Origin: Catajapyx aquilonaris
Taxonomy: Eukaryota
Assembly: GCA_000934665.2 (NCBI GenBank)
Contig: JYFJ02001709.1
Coordinates: 1 to 64,000, forward strand
Direction: 5' to 3'
Length of the DNA stretch: 64,000 nucleotides
Position numbers and translations under genes: made by a program. Below, piece by piece: positions 60,303 through 64,000 of this stretch; positions within the stretch are counted from its first letter, which is position 1; every line of letters begins with the position of its first letter. The notes beneath the pieces were generated by a model. It made no database searches, was not told the DNA's origin, and worked only from the letters and a program-made list of their open reading frames with translations.

Positions 60303-60883
60303 TAGGCTCCCGAAAACGGCTATTGGGCGAAAAAAACGAGCATTTCGCAAAATACTCTTTTCAAAACGGGCAGATCGCGAAATGCCCCTTTTCAAACCAT
60401 CCATTTCGCTAAATGCTCATTTTAAAATTGGCTGATCGCGAAATGTTCTTTTTAAAAAGACCAGAACACTTTTCTGGACTACACAAAAATGTCAGAACGC
60501 GAAATAGTTAGTGTCGTGGCTGGTTCAGAAAAAAAAGCCCACAACTCGTTGTGGCAGTTCCTTGTTACCCACTACACCATGTAGATAACAACAATAGGGC
60601 GATTTATTTCCAGCATCTACTTGACAGAGTGAGAAACAAGAAACTGCCACAGTGTGTTATGGGCTTTTTCTGAACCAGACACGACACTAATTTCGTGTCC
60701 TGACATTTTTGTGCAGTCCAGAAAAGCGTTATGGTCTTTTTAAAAAGAACATTTCTGGGATCTTCTCCTCAGTTTGAAAACGAGCATTTCGCGATCTGCC
60801 CATTGTATAAAGTGAACATTTCGCGATCTGTCCGTTTTGAAGAGAGAATTGTGCAAAATGATCAGTTTTCGGGGTTTGCGCCT
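60303..60883. mobile_element. Foldback-type element with long TIRs containing tandem subrepeats
   Basis: Inverted arms of ~280 bp; repeated GATCGCGAAATG..TTTT units on the left and CATTTCGCGATC units on the right. Confidence 0.75.
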
Positions 60884-63800
60884 ATTATCAGAAATACATA
60901 AATGACTAGTATGATGGTTTAACTCAGTCTGTGTCTGACATTTTCAAACTGTGTACAGTATAGGTCAAGACCTGTCAAGACTGCGTGTTTACATCCATAC
61001 TGCAGGCTATTAAAGCACCACCAGAACGTCTTGGTAGGTAGCTAACATCATGCACAGCTCTCTTGACCCACCAGCTGCCGCCCTGAAAGGGGCTGTCTCT
61101 CCCGATATCCAGGTGCTGCATAATTTTATCAACCTATTGTACAGATGCAATCTCTTCATGTACAGTAGTTGACTGTAAATTGGGATTAGTCAGAGAAACG
61201 TATCGAGAAATGAACAATGGATAACAAGGGTTAAAAACGAAGAGCTGAAATTCAAAATGATCGTAGTCACAATGGGATGATTGCTAAGCTTTACAGTTTC
61301 ATGACTGTGTACACTTAAATGATCATTTTTTATGAAACATTTTAAGGGTAGGCACCTGTTATGCAAAAAAAACTGACTTACCAACAGCACGGCGTATCAG
61401 TGCTTATGATTCCATTTTGACCAAATTATGAGAGCTACTTGGCAGATTGAGTCTTTAAGACAGTGTTGATGATATATAACTTATATTACATCATAGACTG
61501 TCTAAGTCTCTAAGAGAAAAGCTATGTCCACATTATAGTCTTCCCTATATCACTGTGAGTACTTTACATGCTATATTGTATGCTATAATGTATTGAATTT
61601 CCTTGGTGAAGTGAGACAATAATAAATTCTAACCTCTCTCACTATAACACTATTCAGGTACAAAATACCTTACATACAATCAGGTGCATGCCAGTCGAAA
61701 TAATTGAAACGGCCTCGCAGCTATACATTAAACGACACCAACAAGAAATATTAATGCGAATAATGTTGTATACGTTTCGCAAATGCCACTTTATGATGTT
61801 CATGGGAATTCCGAAAAATACAGTACGCATTGTTTTGATTTCCAAAGAAACTGAATTGTACTTTTATGATGTCGTAATACCTATTTACGTAATGGTGCAG
61901 TCTTTCCATTACTGTGTCATCAATAACTGGCCTTCACTTACATTCTTTGTACAAAATCAGTCATTCAGAAACACATTCAGGGCCAGTTTGATTTTGAAAA
62001 CTGATTTTCACTCAGGAATTAGAAGACTTTTCTCATTATATTCTAGAAACATAATCTTGATGGAAAATCAAAATGGTCCCACTGGAAATATTACACAATC
62101 ACGTAGGTGAATGCAACGTAAAATATATGTTTGACGCCTTTTGTTCAAAAGAAGAGATGTGACAATGCACTAGTTATGGCATGTTATGCATATACAGGTA
62201 TTTAGGTCTGATACAAACTCAGTGCATAACGAAACGTGTTATGCATCACTTGAGAATATACCGGTGGTTGAGAGAAGTCATCAATTTAGCATAAGAAATA
62301 GTAAAGTTTACGTTAATGTAACGGTGCTTAGGGAAGGTAACCTTTTATAGTGCAGGAGTTTCAACAAAATCTGAGAAATTCTTATAGTGAAAATGACCTA
62401 GATTGCTGTAAAAATAAAGTAATAACAATAACACATGGATCAACTAAAACATTTGACCTACCCGTTTTTATGTATTTTCCTGGTCTATAATTGAAAAGTT
62501 GTAACGCATTCTTCGTGAGCTTTTATTAATACCTGCGTGCACATATTCTGACGTGTAAGTATATCGATATTAGCTGACTCTAATACTCCTATCACAAAGG
62601 CCTATCGAAGTTTGGTTGTACCATAACGCAATGAACATATAGTCCCTAAGTATTTTCATTACAGCTATTTATGGTTCGAATTAACACATTGCGTGTAAAT
62701 AATCACATTTCAACTGCGATTGCGTAATTCGTGGCATTCACCGTAGAACAACGTCTAATTGTCTTATCTGCATATTTCATTACAAGTGCCATTATTATTA
62801 TTAGACGGCTTGTAATCTAACAGCGTGCTTATATGTCCTTCGAAACAGCTGACCCAAGGTTTCGACCTCGTGACCCGCAACCAGATGCTCCCTACTAATT
62901 AAATGGTGCGTATATGCTGAGTAGAAGCGTTGCAGCAAAGGTTGAAATGAAGGTTGTCGAGAAAGTCAGGTGAGAAGGGTACAAGGTGGTATGAAGTCTG
63001 CTGAAAAAGTGTTCAAGTGGCGGGGGGGTGGAAAATAAAGGAATGAGGGGGTCGGAGGAGGGGGGGGGGGGGAAGGAGCAAATGATGGCGGAAGAGTTGG
63101 CGGCGCTGCATGGCTCACTTGAATCGGCTGATGCTCGTTTCGCAACCTTTCCAAACCAGCAACTTTCACCTGCGACTACATACACCTGTACCTATAATCC
63201 TGTCGTCATTCCCAGAATCGGCAGGGACCGGTACGGACTAGCGGCTATCACCCCGTCACGCGGAGGATTTTTACACGTGAAGTGACCCGATAAATACGTG
63301 CGTGATTTGCCATCACCCTGTAATTGAGGAATTCTCAAGACCTGATGGGCCAAGTGATGTGACTCAACATCTTCGGATTCATACAAGGGTACGTCACCGT
63401 CTATTTTTTGAACTGTTGCCTGCAATTCTGTGGGCTCGAATGGGAACACCGGTAGTAAACGTCTGTGCATGGTGTGTCCAATGACCCACTGCCGTAATGA
63501 AGCACGTATTGCTCGAGCATACAGTGCATTGCATGCCCCTGGCCTAGGATTCAAGGTGTAAGTTACACACCTGAGAAAATCACAGGGTCAAGTGGTTGTC
63601 AACACTTGCGTGAAATAATAGATCAACCTTCACTCTATGCATATGAGTATTTTACATAACAATTTGAAGAGGGAGCGCCCAGAATTCCGCTGATTCAAAC
63701 TACGGCAGTTTTTATGTACACAAGCTGGTTACGAAACAATGACAATATGATTACAGAAAGAGGCGTGGCCACTCTTGCCATAAGTATTTACCCGCGTTAT

Positions 63801-64000
63801 AACAAGGCATCTGCGATTCATCAACTCACATTAATCACGTTTTTCCCGATTCCCCTGAACCGAAAAATACATGTTGGCCGCTCCCAAGTATCAACGTCCT
63901 TTCCTTCTTTCACCCCTTCTATCAAATCATGCATGACATTGATGCACTCTTCTGTTGGATGAATCATTGTGCACTACGTTTGTGCAAGTTTCATGAGACA

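Noticed and set aside
60330..60460. Short spaced repeats superficially like a CRISPR array
   Set aside because: Degenerate subrepeats within inverted TE arms in eukaryotic DNA; no unique spacers or cas genes.
61688..62110. 140-aa ORF
   Set aside because: AT-rich, no domain or splice support.
63302..63484. QHLRIHT C2H2-like fragment
   Set aside because: No upstream CxxC at the correct spacing; likely chance.

Overview
Eukaryotic genomic DNA, most likely from an insect or other arthropod (inferred from short GT-AG introns of about 70-100 nt, a Mud-type NuMA gene and tRNA-derived SINEs). The first ~51 kb is a dense cluster of spliced genes: the 3' part of Spt5 (+), thioredoxin (-) head-to-head with TMEM53 (+), AP-3 delta (+), a mud/NuMA-type coiled-coil gene (+), an uncharacterised ~330-aa helical protein gene (-), and TIMMDC1/140up (-) head-to-head with a basic S/T/P-rich gene with GTSE1/PSRC1-like features (+). 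The last ~13 kb has no convincing CDS. Introns and UTRs carry many fold-back MITEs (Harbinger-, Transib- and Tc1/mariner-like), a deleted mariner and SINEs. The most notable observations are: two elements that closely resemble the mammalian MER2/MER2B and Tigger4 (Zombi) repeats as I recall them (possible horizontal transfer); a Mud/NuMA model with no N-terminal Hook/CH domain; a possible GTSE1-like gene; and palindromic elements built from duplicated transposase ends. I found no clearly novel multi-gene system. All exon models and family assignments are manual and were not checked by database search.
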